From contig JAVECO010000116.1 of assembly GCA_051942205.1 (NCBI GenBank), positions 1 to 64,000 of the forward strand: a stretch of 64,000 nucleotides of DNA, read 5' to 3'. Origin of the DNA: Coniocarpon cinnabarinum (Eukaryota). Below are positions 12,909 to 25,259 of this stretch, piece after piece. Position numbers and translations under genes: made by a program. Numbering within the stretch: the stretch's first letter is position 1; every line of letters starts with the position of its first letter. The notes under the pieces are model-generated. The model was given only the letters and a program-made list of their open reading frames with translations. It had not been told where the DNA came from and searched no databases.

Positions 12909-14208
12909 GATGATCGAGGAGGACGGAAGATGATTTCAGCACTGGACGCAGGCTTGAGGAGAGGTAAGAAGCGCAGACGAGAGATGGATGGAAGAGGGGA
13001 GGCCGGAGAAAGGTGGAGAAAAAGCCGAATGCTGAGAAGACTTGGCATCGCGTGTGGCTTTGCACGTCAAGCCGCCACCCTTTAGCCACCTGCTTGACAG
13101 CTGCTCGTCTGGACTCTGAAGCGCCCATGTTGAACCAGGCACGAGTGCAGATCCAACTCGACGGCGCTCTTGCTACCACACCTCGGTAAAGGTTCAGACG
13201 CGGTCCGCAAAACTCCCGTGATAGCTTCTCCGCTGCAGGGCTGCATTCTTTCTCACGCTGACACCTCAGAGAATCGTTTAGGGAAAGCACGGGAGCCGAC
13301 AGGCTCCATTCCCCGATGACCAGTGAGGTGCACCCACTTTCGGTGGGCTTTCCCTACGTTCTTGTCTTGACAACTCAGCCATCGAGCCACGTCACCCCTC
13401 GATGTTTGCAACATGCCCATTGCGGCATCAGTTCCCAGTGGCCCTCACTTGCGTGCTCTGAAAACGCCGTGACGTACGAGAGACACTGTTCATTTGTTGC
13501 TCGTAGGACTTGCGCGGCCTGTCGACTGCAGCTGGGGTATCGATACTTGAGATGCAGTGTGCAGATTCTGAAACAACAACGTTCGCCTCTGCGCCGGCTC
13601 TCTCCATCGCTGCACTCGCAGCAAGGGCCCCTCGGCCGGTTGCTGAGGTGTGCGTAATGTGATCGCGATACCTGGTATATGGGAACTAGGCTGACGGGGC
13701 CCGTCCGGCTATTGGCCGTTGTAACGTTCTTCCTGACAGTGTTCGAGCACTTACGGCTCTCCATCGATGCCCTCTCTGCACCTCCCACACATGCTTGTGC
13801 GGCTCTGAAGTCTCGATCGATAGCTCCCACTGCTCACGTGTTAATGATTCGGGACCACTAGTAAAATCAAGCTGGGCAGATGCTGATCGGCAAGAAGCTA
13901 ATGAGACGTGCAGCCGGATTTGGTCAAGGACTTTGATGTCGCCATGACGTGAAAGTCTTTCTATTCTAGGTAAAGCTACCAACAACAACCCAATCGGTGC
14001 TTGACTTGGAGTGTATGAAAGGTTTGGCTTCTGGATATCGGGCAATTCTGCAGCATATTCATTGTCACTATACTGAAATTGTGATTGTGCAAAGCAGGGA
14101 CAGGAGTGGAATCATTGCAGAGTCAGTTGAAGAGACTTTCCCACATGTCCTTGGTCTCGAAATTGTCGGACAATATCGACTGTCGAGCCTCGTCTCCTGT
14201 TCCATTTG

Positions 14209-16823
14209 ATGCACAGAGCTAGCAGAGGTTTGGGACCTAATGAGAACATTTCAGGAGCTTATGAAACTGTACGATTCCCCAGTCCGCAAGGACAGGCAAG
14301 CTACACATGGGAAGCGCTTCATCCATCGTCCTCGTCTTTCTTCCAGCCAGGTCGCCCGCGAACTTACAGTGAACCGAGACCTTCCTTGCGTGCTCAACGC
14401 TACGAAGGACCTGTTTCTCGTGCAATTGGATTCGGTCACTTTCCACAGTATCAGCCTTCCAGTGCGCCGGTGACGACCGTCGAATCACCAACGTCGCAGC
14501 GCCCGCAACAGAGCTTTGGCTTACATACTGTGCGGCCAGTGGAAACCACTGCTGCTTCATTTGCTTCTATTCCCGCAAATCGCCGACCGTTCCGCACTCG
14601 TCGAAAGGAGCCCAGTTGCGACGTATGCAAGGAACGCAAAGTAAGGGTACGCTTCTATCTTGTTCCACATACGCCGTGTCTTTCAAGTCTAAATCGCTAA
14701 ATAAGCATAGTGCGACGCAATCGAAGGCGAGAGCTGCACTGAGTGTAGAAGTCGAGGACTGCGATGCCAATTTTCGTACGGGCATAGTCGGCGGAACTCT
14801 TCATTGAGGCGCGTAGTTTCTCCCAATATTCAACATGCCGTTCGCTCCACTGACGGTTGATAGAGTCGTTCGTGAATTGGAGCGTCAACTTGAGGAAGCC
14901 CGTCAACAGAATGTACAGCTTCGCAATCTTGTTACCGATCTACAGAGACACAATCGCGAGAGCCCTTCACGTCGCTTGAGGTCATTTTTGCAACTCCCTC
15001 GAGCAGTTCGCCTTGCCGACCGGCCACCCATCCACCGGTCTTTACTACACCACACGCTTAGTTTCGGCCACGGTGTATTCATCAGTCTTAGAAAACCAGT
15101 GCCGACAGGGAGTCCTAGAGCGACCTCATATGCGGCTTTGCCCTCTTTGCCTGCGATCAGAGCTTTCCTGAGGTCTTTCGGAAGGTCTTTCTACCGCCAG
15201 TGGCCGATGCTGGCTATTGATCAATTAGAATCAGAGGCCATGAGTGAAGACTCACGTACAGATGGAGTGTCTGCCTTCGCTACGTGGCCTGCAACAAAGC
15301 TAGCTGCGTTGTCCGCATGTCTCGCAGTGGGTGCTATTTACTCTCACGAGCAGAACGTGGAAGATGCCCACGAGATATGCTTTAACAAGGCAGTAGAGCA
15401 GCTCAACGTTGGGCGAGCTTTTCCGGATGCTGATAGCTGCCGAGCATGTCTTCTACTAAGTGTTTACTGCGCCGAGAAAAACTTGGCTGCGCAGCGACGT
15501 ACCTGGCTAGCTTTGTGTGTTGATCATGCCGTTCAGCTTAGTTTGCATCGATCCTCTCACGAGACATCAACGCTTCATGAAAATACAGAATACCTCTTCT
15601 GGCTAGCAGTGCTTTCTCTCGACCTGTAAGTCATCCGCACATCGGGCATTCGAATAGCACTGAAAAGATGCAGCATCACCGCTATGCAAGACAGCATGCC
15701 ACCGGTGATCAACGAACACTATCGTCACGTGCCAAGCTCAGGTCTTCTTCAAGCTCAGTCTCTCGTCTTACAGCCGCATCAAGGAATGCCTTCCGAGCAG
15801 GGCAGAAATTTTCTGGAGCTTCATATCACAGCCACATGCGCGGTCGCCATAACGCACATCCTGCACTTGAAGCGATTGCACGCGCCAGAAGAATACGATT
15901 TTCAAGTAACCGAGCAGAACCTGTCTAATCTCTTTCGACCTATTCCAGAGAATGTCCAACCAGAATCAAGCTTGTATCTACATCCATCCCAACTGCCTCT
16001 CACTGCCCTCATATGCGATGTTCGGCTCGCAACGCATCGAATGGGACTGTCGCCAGCATATGGACCGGAGCAACGCGCGTCAAGTCTGGATCTCTGCACC
16101 GCAGATGCTTATCTGACCGTTTGTGCGATCCGTCGAGGCATGCCCTTTCTCTCTTCTCAGACCGCAGAGGGTGCGGACCCGAGCCTGGCACAGTGGGAGG
16201 AGGACGTGTTCGCGAGCTCCCCGTGGTTTTTTGGTCGTCACCTGTGGCGTTGCATCGTTGTTCTCTGCGTCTCCCTCGACTTCACTGGAGCTATCACGTG
16301 TGCAAGGGTATGTGCGGTCATTGGCGGGAGCAGAGATGCCAATGCTGCTTGTGGCCACAGTTTGCTTTACTTCCTAGACCGGCTGGAGGGAAAGGCAAGG
16401 GAGGTTGGAGCGTCGAGACAACGACTGGGAGGAGATGAAGAGATGCTGATGTACGCCAGCAGTGATCTGCAAGGGGACACACTGCAAGGTTGGACAGGAG
16501 CTGCAGACGAGGGAACGTCTGGGATCAGCTTCAGGTCTGGCATAGCGTCACCTCCACCAACATCATCACCACCACCACTGCAAGCACCATCCCACGATGT
16601 GACAGAGCGCCGTCAGATATGGCCGAGAATACTAGACAGATTAAGTCGGCTCAACAACGCACAGCAGCTCCGAAATCCGGAAGCTGGCGGGAACAGCGTG
16701 CGACGGCCTTCTCGAGGACCGAGCTCTGACAGACCTGTCGCGCACCAACCGTCGCTCAGCAGTGCGAGTCGAATGAGCATCGCCAGTCTGACCGCAGCAA
16801 CGCAGCCTCGAGGAGAAGGTTGA
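14209..16823 (+). CDS. Zn(II)2Cys6 fungal transcription factor, 4 exons
   Basis: CDVCKERKVR|CDAIEGESCTECRSRGLRC, followed by a coiled coil and a fungal TF middle region. Introns 14647-14710, 14809-14863 (GC-AG) and 15626-15673. Confidence 0.85.
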
Positions 16824-17358
16824 GCTGGGTGGGGCGTCTTTGCACGAGTATCACAGTACATTCAGATCCAGGTACCCAAGTCTTGCAAAGCACATGTGGC
16901 GAGTGTGTTCGATCGAGTGGCTGCACTTCGACACTGACTCTGGGGCGGCACTAGGACCAAGTCGCGCTAAGCCTCATAGTCACGCGTGATTGGTTGAAAG
17001 TCTGGGGCGGCAAAGACCGAAGATGGCAGTCTTGTGGAGGAGACGGGACTAGCGTAACGGATGTTGCGGGCTACCCGGCCAGAAGCGCTAGCCCCAGGGT
17101 CCGAGCCATCCTTTCCTTCCATTTCCCTCCCACTCGCCTAGTGAAGGGCCACCAACTGATTTCTTGCTGCTGCTTCAGGATACGTTGCATCTTCCATTCT
17201 CCTCTCGAGTCGCTCTATACACTCGAGTCCCGGTTGTGTGTGAAGCTTTGTGTCTCAACAGCAGTCTCCGCCAGACGCTTGCACAGAGCTATTTGAGTTA
17301 CCTTTCTGAGCTACCGCTACCGAGACAAGCTTGATATTCGCCAAGCTGCCAAGCCAAA

Positions 17359-19243
17359 ATGGTCCATCTATCGTCTGTCAGACGTGACAGTGAGATCCAA
17401 GCTCCCATAGTCGAGGTCAGTTGACTGCTCTGCCTTGCCGTCTTGTTTCACCCTTTCCACTGCTGCCAAGGCCTCGATACTGGCTGTATGTCGAGGTTTT
17501 GGAGTGTTTGAAAGGCCTATGACCATCTCAAAAAGCAATCACCGTTAACATGTCAGCATCCAGGGTGTCAGCAAGCTCTCCTTCATCCCAGAAAACCTCT
17601 CGGACTCGATCCACACCTCCGTCTATGGCTCCTCGTTTGCTGCCCAAGACCTGCCTAAACATGCGATGCCGGAGAAGGAGATGCCCAAGGATGTGGCTTA
17701 CCGCCTGATCAAAGATGATCTGACTTTGGATGGCATTCGTATGCACTTGCCGCACGCGTTGGAGCACTCAAGCAAAATCATTCCATTGACAAGGCAACAG
17801 CAACGCTCAATCTCGCGTCCTTCGTCACCACCTACATGGAAGACGAGGCCGAGAAGCTCATGCATGATGCATTGGCCAAGAATTTCATCGACTATGAGGA
17901 ATATCCAGGTATGTGTCATTCCTGTATACCCTTTCAGCACACGTCGACAAACTTTAATCATCACGTACAGTGAGTGCGGACATTCAGAACCGATGTGTGT
18001 CCATGATTGCACGCCTTTTCAACGCGCCGGTCCACGATGATGCCAGTGTCATGGGCACGAGCACCATCGGCAGCTCAGAAGCAATCATGCTGGCAACGCT
18101 TGCCATGAAAAAGCGTTGGCAGAACAAGCGCAAGGCTCAGGGCAAGCCTTTTGACAAACCGAACATTGTCATGAACGCCGCTGTCCAGGTGTGCTGGGAG
18201 AAGGCTGCACGTTATTTTGACATCGAGGAGAAATACGTGTACTGTACACCTGATCGATATGTCATTGACCCAAAAGAAGCTGTCGACCTCGTTGACGAGA
18301 ACACGATTGGCATCTGCGCCATCATTGGAACCACGTACACTGGTGAGTATGAAGACGTCAAGGCCATCAATGACCTCCTTGAGAAGCGCAATCTCGACTG
18401 CTGCATCCATGTTGACGCTGCTTCTGGGGGCTTCGTGGCGCCCTTTGTGAACCCTTCGCTGGAGTGGGATTTCCGGCTGCCGCGCGTCATCAGCGTAAGT
18501 CGAAGCTGTTAGAGTCTAGTAATCGAGACAGACGTGCTCACTTTTCAAAACAGATTAATGTTAGTGGTCACAAGTATGGCCTTGTCTACCCAGGCGTGGG
18601 TTGGGTCGTCTGGCGCGACCCAGAGTATCTGCCTAAGGAGTTGATCTTCAACATCAACTACTTGGGAGCGGACCAAGCCTCCTTCACCCTCAACTTCTCC
18701 AAGGGCGCGTCGCAAGTCATTGGGCAATACTATCAATTGATTCGCCTGGGCAAGAGCGGATATCGCTCCATCATGGCCAACCTGACGCGCACGGCCGACT
18801 ACGTGGCAAAGGCGCTGACCGCGCTCGACTTTATCATCTTGTCGAAGAACGGTGGAGAAGGACTCCCACTGGTTGCCTTCCGTCTTGATCCCGCCAAAGA
18901 ACATCACCACGATGAATTTGCCATTGCACACGCGATGCGCGAGCGAGGATGGGTGATACCCGCGTACACCATGGCGCCGCACTCGGAGAAGCTCAAGTTG
19001 ATGCGCATTGTCATCCGCGAGGACTTCTCACGGTCACGTGCGGACGCTCTGATTACGGACATGAGGCTCTGCATGAGCGAGTTGGAGAAGGTAGATGCGC
19101 AGTGGATGAAGGACCACATGATGCAGGTGATCAAGTCGAAATCCGACAAGATCCCGACACAACACGATCGGGTCAAGGAGACGTATGGCAAGGGGCATCA
19201 GAACCTTCAGGCGGATCATGACAAGACCCACGCCGTCTGCTGA
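17359..19243 (+). CDS. GAD1: Glutamate decarboxylase (PLP-dependent), 5 exons
   Basis: [44 protein letters not shown]. Introns 17416-17563, 17739-17800, 17909-17970 and 18495-18553. Confidence 0.95.
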
Positions 19244-19934
19244 GAGCTGTTGCAGCTCTGCAGGCCCTCAAGGTGCGAGACGGATCTGCGTAATTATGAG
19301 CCACGGTAAATGTGAATTCGAGCATCACATTTGCGGCCTCGTAGGATGACGCTGGAACTCTTCCATCATCCTCTTCTTCTGCTGTGAGCGACCAAAGCAT
19401 CTCGACTCGAGTATCTCGTCCTGACTGAGACTGCCGAACCCTGCCTAAATATATGCCATGCACGTGCCATGCAAGCCTTGCCCCTGCCCAGTGAGTCATG
19501 CTAGTCTGGCGAGCTTATCCGGCTAACTGGACGAAGACAAGGCCGTGTCGCGGATTCTCGGATTCTCCCAAGGCGGGTGAGCAGCCTTCAGGCGGACGCG
19601 CCTAATATTCTGCTCGAGGACGAGTTTTTGTGCTCATCCATTGTTCGACTGCGAGGCGTGAGATCTTATACTGCCCTCTCAGCTCTGTTGTCTCGACACA
19701 TCCCACGCTTGCTTGCATGCTCATGGCAGAATGACCCGGCACTTTGCGTGTTGAGAGGTTTCTGGGCCTGTCACGCAACTCGTCGATCGCGATGTCTACC
19801 ATGAATTCTGTAGCAAAGGGTTAGCAACCTCGTCAAAGCCATCAGGGATCGGATCTTTTGACTGATGCATTCCGCAGTACATTGCAATGGCCATGACTTT
19901 CTTATAGTTCCTCAATCACAGGCTTACCAATCCC

Positions 19935-21116
19935 ATGAAATTCCAGGCGCGGTCTGCACTCATTGCGGTCTTCGTGTTTCTCAGTCTCCTCTTCCTTCTT
20001 CGACCGAGCTTTCTTCAATCCAATTCCAACTCGGATCTCAAAAATCTCCGGGGTGTCCAGCATCAGCGCGATGGTACCGTTCCGCGCATTGCCAAAGTGT
20101 CGATGCTCTACGGCTCAGAGGTCAACCCATACTATGTGCGCGCTTTGAAGTCCCATCGACGGCACAATGAGCGATGGAATTATGGCATGCATATACTCGA
20201 GCAAGACATGATTGGTGGTTATTGGAACAAGCCCAGCTATCTATTGAGTCTGGTCGTTGCCGAGCTCGCAAAGCCGCCACCGGAAAGAGTCGAATGGCTC
20301 ATGTACGTTGCCTTCCGCGCTCTAGCAAGCCTGATGACGCCCCTGATGCGGTACGCGACATACTACTACGACAGCTAACAAGGTCTCTCTCATAGGTGGG
20401 TCGACGCGGACCTCATCCTCGTCAACCACGCCGTGCCCTTGGAGACCTTCCTCCCTCCTCCAGACTTTCCCAACATCAAGTTTCTTGGCAGCCGCGATGG
20501 TCCTGGACTGAATAGTGGCACTTTCTTCCTAAAAGTCTCTCCGTGGGCGGTGCAGATGCTGGCCAAATCCATTGGACTGCCGATGTTTCGTCCGGACGTT
20601 GATCTTGGCTATTCGATCGACCAGTCAGCCATGGCCTATATCTTGAACGAGACGGAGTTCCACGCTTCTGGTGAGACGGTGTTTCAGCCACGGACATGGT
20701 ACAACGACTTCCAGTTCCATGAAGAAATCGGTACCGAGTGGGTCGAGGGCGACTTATTGATACACTTTCCAGGACTCGAGGAAGATCGATGGTTGTTGAT
20801 GGACAAATGGCTCAACAAGGTGGAGCGAAGTCCTGATTCGCTTCTGGTGGATCTTGAGAAGACGAGGTACCCGGGGGAGATCAAAGATTTTTGGGACATG
20901 CTCCGACACTCGATCGACCTCGTCAATCGAGCACAGACGTACATTGATGAGGGGAGGGTCAATCTGGAAGCCGTAGCGGAAGCTGCGTTCAAAGTACAGC
21001 AACTGATTTGGGATACCAAGGTCTTCACGCCGCCTGGCACAGATCTGATGCAACTATACGAGGATGCGACAGCCGAATTGGAGAAGTTGTTGGACCGACA
21101 TGCTTCGAGTACATGA
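19935..21116 (+). CDS. GT34 (GMA12/MNN10 family) glycosyltransferase, 2 exons
   Basis: N-terminal TM anchor, YWNKPSYLL, EWLM|WVDAD (DxD) across intron 20303-20395, GLNSGTFF, DQSAM, GDLLIHFPG. Confidence 0.88.
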
Positions 21117-22404
21117 TGAAGCGTCTGGAGGTCTTACTTCATCAGAGATCAGCTTAGATTCCCTGGACGATAATACGTCTCGAACGTGGTGCACTCGGTC
21201 GCTGCTCCTAGGACGCAGCATTCGAACGAAGAAGGATAGGACTTTCGCGCAGGACGTCATATGCAAGGCCGTGACTTGCTTCACGGCCTCAAGCACAAAA
21301 GCCACGACCCTTGCGTTCACGATCTGAGTTCAACACGCTTAGCGAATTGGGCAGACAAGGAGCAGTGATTGATCAACAGGAGCAGCAGTCGACCTCCGAG
21401 GCTCTTTGCAGGTGGCCGATCCTTCACAGAAGGCCGAAGAAGTTGCAGTCGTCGTGAGTTCGTCCTCGACACATTCACCTAGCACCTCCTGCATGCAGAT
21501 GGCGCATTCACGAGCATGTCCAACATGCAGAGCAGCACTCCGCATTGGGAATGGAGAGTAGTCTATTTCGACTGGTGGATCGACGGCTGGCTGGCGCAAT
21601 GGGGCCAAGCATGCACTGCATGAAGGAAGCGAACGAGCGGTCGCAAAGATGGTCTGACGCCCTCGGGGCGTAACGTGGGCCCTTGCACTTGAGACAAGCG
21701 GATGGAGAATGATTCTGCCTGGTACGCGGATGGAGGACTGTGCTGCCTGGTACGCGGATGGAAAGGACAGGTGTGCTTTTGATGATGACAAGCGATGTGA
21801 TAAGTCTTATTTTACAATGGTCTGGGCTTGGATCGATGCATTTTCCGAGCTTTGATGACATTAGCAGTCATAACGGTGTTGGTCTTCATAGGATGATAGA
21901 GGAGGATTTAACCTTGTCAACAGTGTGTCAATCGGATTGAGCTAGTGCGTAGTAAGAGAGAGCCTGGAGGCTTTACCCATTCCGTCTCCTGCCGGCCCCT
22001 CGGCTGGCCGTGATGGAAAGACATCAAATCAACAGCTTTTTACTCGGTCCGCGGAATGGTGGGTGGCAGGTCAGGGGAGGAGGTGGAATAAGCGAGAGAG
22101 CGCGTTGCTGCCACGGAATGGTGGGTGGGGGAGGTGGTGGAAGGGTGGGATTGCTGCTACCGTCGCAGGTCCCGCTCTATCTCGCCTCTTCTTTTACAGT
22201 AGTTCAGGCTTAAACACAATTGTCAATCAAGCCTGTGATAATTTTAGATCGCTCGCGAAGCAATATAGTTATGACGAGACAGTGTTGGTTTTCAAAGAAA
22301 CAAGGAATAGACATTGGGGAACGCGGTTCCTTTGGACGTAACGGCAAAACTTCCTTTAGATAACAGGCCACAGGAGGCGGAACAAGCGAGAGAGCGCACT
22401 GCTG

Positions 22405-22405
<1 letters not shown>

Positions 22406-22434
<29 letters not shown>
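22406..22434. repeat. (GTC)n microsatellite
   Basis: About 9 consecutive GTC units. Confidence 0.9.
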
Positions 22435-22435
<1 letters not shown>

Positions 22436-22772
22436 GCAGTCCGGATTGGGCTTAGTGCATGGAGACCGAGAACGCGGCCCCGCTGGACGTGACGGCAAGA
22501 CTTCAGAACGCCATCTTTTGATTCTGTCCACCTATACTTCATGGCGTTCGAACTGTTGCTCGCGCGGCGGGCTGTGCCTTGGGCGGAAGCGCAGCCCGCT
22601 CTGTTCATGTCCTTTTAAATCCTTCAGCGTCTGCTTCTCCCTGTACATATTTTGGACGCAAGTATTCGCTTCTGTATTCATTTCTGTAGAGGTGGGCGTT
22701 TCGTCTTTGAGTCTCAACAAGTCGGTGCTGCAAGTCGGTGCTGCGTATCATCATCATCATCAAACCTTCCAC

Positions 22773-24464
22773 ATGTCCTTGCCTGATGACGTTGGCGTCT
22801 CCGTTGGAGCGGAGTATGATCATCAGGCTGCCGTGAACTCCATTTCTGCGCGTCTGCAGCATTTTTACGCTTGCCAGAAACCTTACCGTGTCTATCATGG
22901 CTCCACTAATTCGACGAGGCTGTCCCACAAGACTGCAGATAGCATCGTCGATACCTCTCATCTGAACAATGTGCTAGGCATTCGTCATGCTGTGTCGGTT
23001 CCGGGAGAAATCCCTTCAATTCTCGTGGAGCCTAATGTCACTATGTCGGCGCTGGTCGATAGCGCGCTGCCCTATGGCCTCCTACCTCCTGTTGTCATGG
23101 AGTTTCCTAACATCACTGCTGGCGGCGGCTTCACTGGTACCAGCGGGGAATCTTCGAGTTTTCGAGAAGGTTTCTTCGATCGGAACGTGACCTGGATTGA
23201 AATGGTGCTTCCCAACGGTGAAGTTGTCACGGCCACGCCCAACGCGGATGATCCTCGCCGGGATCTGTTTGAAGGCGCGGCGAGTAGCTTCGGGACCTTG
23301 GGTATTGTGACCGCCTTGCGCATCCGTCTTCGGCCTGCCAAGGCCTATGTCCTGTCGCGCTATGTGCCCGTTGGTAGTGTCGCAGAGGCGAAAGACATCT
23401 TTGTCAACCACCGCGACGACCCCAATGTTGACTTCATGGATGGTATCATGTACTCTGTCGACCGTGGTGTCATCATCCTCGGCCGCCTGGCTTCCCAATC
23501 TGAGGTGCCCAGTGGCATGCCAGTTCAACGCTTTACTCGGCCCTGGGATCAATGGTATTATCTGCACGTCGAATCCCGGGTCTATCCTCGATCGAGTATT
23601 CCATTCCTCTCTTCCTGGTCTTCGTCATCTGCACCAGTCGAAATCGAAGAAGCCGTGCCCATTCGAGATTACTTGTTCCGTTACGACCGCGGTGGGTTCT
23701 GGGTCGCCGAATTTGGGTTTCAATACTTTGGTGTGCCCTTCAACCGTTTCACGCGTGCGCTTGCCAATGACTGGATGAACACCAAGACCATGTTTCATGC
23801 ACTGCATATGTCTGGACTCTCCAATAGCAACATTGTCCAGGATGTCGCCGTGCCCTTCAAGAATGCCAATCAAATGATGCAGTGGCTGGATGGCAACTTC
23901 CACCACTATCCGCTATGGCTATGCCCGCTCAAAATGACAGGCCCACCTCCCTTGTTCCATCGTGGACAGCTCCAGTCCGCGGAGAAGGGCGATGAGGTTC
24001 CAATGCATCTCAATTTTGGAGTGTGGGGTCCCGGCTCGACCGACTGGAGGAAATTTGTCGAATTCAATCGTGCCATCGAGGCTCACGTACAACGGCTGGG
24101 TGGCCAGAAGACTCTGTACGCGCAGGTGTACTACACTGAGGATGAGTTCTGGAACATCTACGGCAAAGAGCGATATGATGCACTCCGTCGGAAATATGCT
24201 GCGGCGTGGCTGCCCAGCGTTTTTGATAAGATGAAAGTCGACCTTTCCGTCCTGGATGAAAGCGAGGAAGACATCAAGCGAGATGAAAAGATAATGCAGT
24301 GGGGTGACTGGATCAACTACAAATTCTGGAAGGCGTGGCCGATGGCGGGTCTGTACGGCGTCGCACATTGCATCGTGAAGAAAGAGTACGTCGTCGCTGA
24401 GGACCCCTTCTGGAAGCGATGGGCAAGTATCCTGGCACCGCAGAGCCATGCAAAGATTGCCTGA
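22773..24464 (+). CDS. FAD-binding oxidoreductase, Delta(24)-sterol reductase (DHCR24/DWF1)-like
   Basis: RVYHGSTNSTR, VEPNVTM, PPVVMEFPNITAGGGFTGTSGESSSFREGFF, YLFRYDRGGFW, PLWLCP. Most likely start is MSLPDD at 22773. Confidence 0.88.
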   Translation: MSLPDDVGVSVGAEYDHQAAVNSISARLQHFYACQKPYRVYHGSTNSTRLSHKTADSIVDTSHLNNVLGIRHAVSVPGEIPSILVEPNVTMSALVDSALPYGLLPPVVMEFPNITAGGGFTGTSGESSSFREGFFDRNVTWIEMVLPNGEVVTATPNADDPRRDLFEGAASSFGTLGIVTALRIRLRPAKAYVLSRYVPVGSVAEAKDIFVNHRDDPNVDFMDGIMYSVDRGVIILGRLASQSEVPSGMPVQRFTRPWDQWYYLHVESRVYPRSSIPFLSSWSSSSAPVEIEEAVPIRDYLFRYDRGGFWVAEFGFQYFGVPFNRFTRALANDWMNTKTMFHALHMSGLSNSNIVQDVAVPFKNANQMMQWLDGNFHHYPLWLCPLKMTGPPPLFHRGQLQSAEKGDEVPMHLNFGVWGPGSTDWRKFVEFNRAIEAHVQRLGGQKTLYAQVYYTEDEFWNIYGKERYDALRRKYAAAWLPSVFDKMKVDLSVLDESEEDIKRDEKIMQWGDWINYKFWKAWPMAGLYGVAHCIVKKEYVVAEDPFWKRWASILAPQSHAKIA

Positions 24465-24584
24465 AGAATCAAGGGCATGAAGAATCCAGAGGGAGGGGCA
24501 CGCAGGCAGGTGGCAAGGACAACAAGAACGCCAAAGAGGGACACAAACACCTCAGAGACAGGCATCGCGCAGGCGGGGCAGGAC

Positions 24585-24950
24585 AGCACCACCACAGCTC
24601 CACCTTCAAGGCAGTGAAGGGGCAAACAACATGCACGAGGCAAGACATCAAGTGATCACGGCAGAGAACCGAGACTGAGCCGCCACCACCACCTCGCAGC
24701 TCCACCAGCAGGGACATCAGCCCATCAGGGAGACCAGAAACACCAGAACATCACATACGGCCAAGAGATCCGGTAATCATCGCAGCAGCCCGTTCTCGAG
24801 CCATCACCACCTTGCAGCTCCACCTTAGGGACATCAGACACGCCAAAACATCCAACACGGCCAAGGAATGAGATGATCACCGCAATGACCCGAAATCAAG
24901 CCCTGACCACCTCGCAGCTTCATCACCAGAAACACCAGACACACCAGAGC
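24585..24950. repeat. Diverged ~100-120 bp tandem repeat, 3-4 units
   Basis: Recurring ccacc(t)cgcagctccacc near 24588, 24686, 24805 and 24907, with gggacatcag and acggccaag each present twice. Confidence 0.7.
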
Positions 24951-25024
24951 AGCAGCCATGACCAATGATGACCTTCTTTCAATTCATACGTCGTTTCAAC
25001 AACCACATCCTCCATCAACAAACA

Positions 25025-25177
25025 GGTCGCATGGTCTAATGGTTATGACGCCTCATTCGGATGAGTCCAGTGCAGCGCGTGAACCCGTCTGCCCCCCCCG
25101 TGACCCCCCTTCCGGTGCTCGCGTGATGGTTAGGACTGAAGGATGAGGAGATCATGGTTCGAATCCATGTGCGACTG
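25025..25177 (+). tRNA. tRNA-Pro(CGG) with 81-nt intron (25062-25142)
   Basis: Acceptor GGTCGCA/TGCGACT, D-arm GTC..GAC, anticodon stem CCTCA/TGAGG with TT-CGG-A, T-arm CATGG-TTCGAAT-CCATG, followed by a poly-T terminator. Confidence 0.85.
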
Positions 25178-25259
25178 CTTTTTTTCTTTTTTACGTATTT
25201 CCTCTTTCGTCTGCTCTACCCCTCTTCGTTGTCTTTTTTGAACGAGTCGTATATTCGTC

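Noticed and set aside
21339..21861. Cys-rich minus-strand ORFs (CAICMQE..CPIR) suggesting a RING finger; short duplication at 21716/21744
   Set aside because: Could not assemble a full RING ligand pattern or a coherent exon structure.
22314..22772. N-terminal extension of the 716-aa ORF including poly-Val
   Set aside because: Non-ATG start and microsatellite-derived; family similarity begins after ATG 22773.
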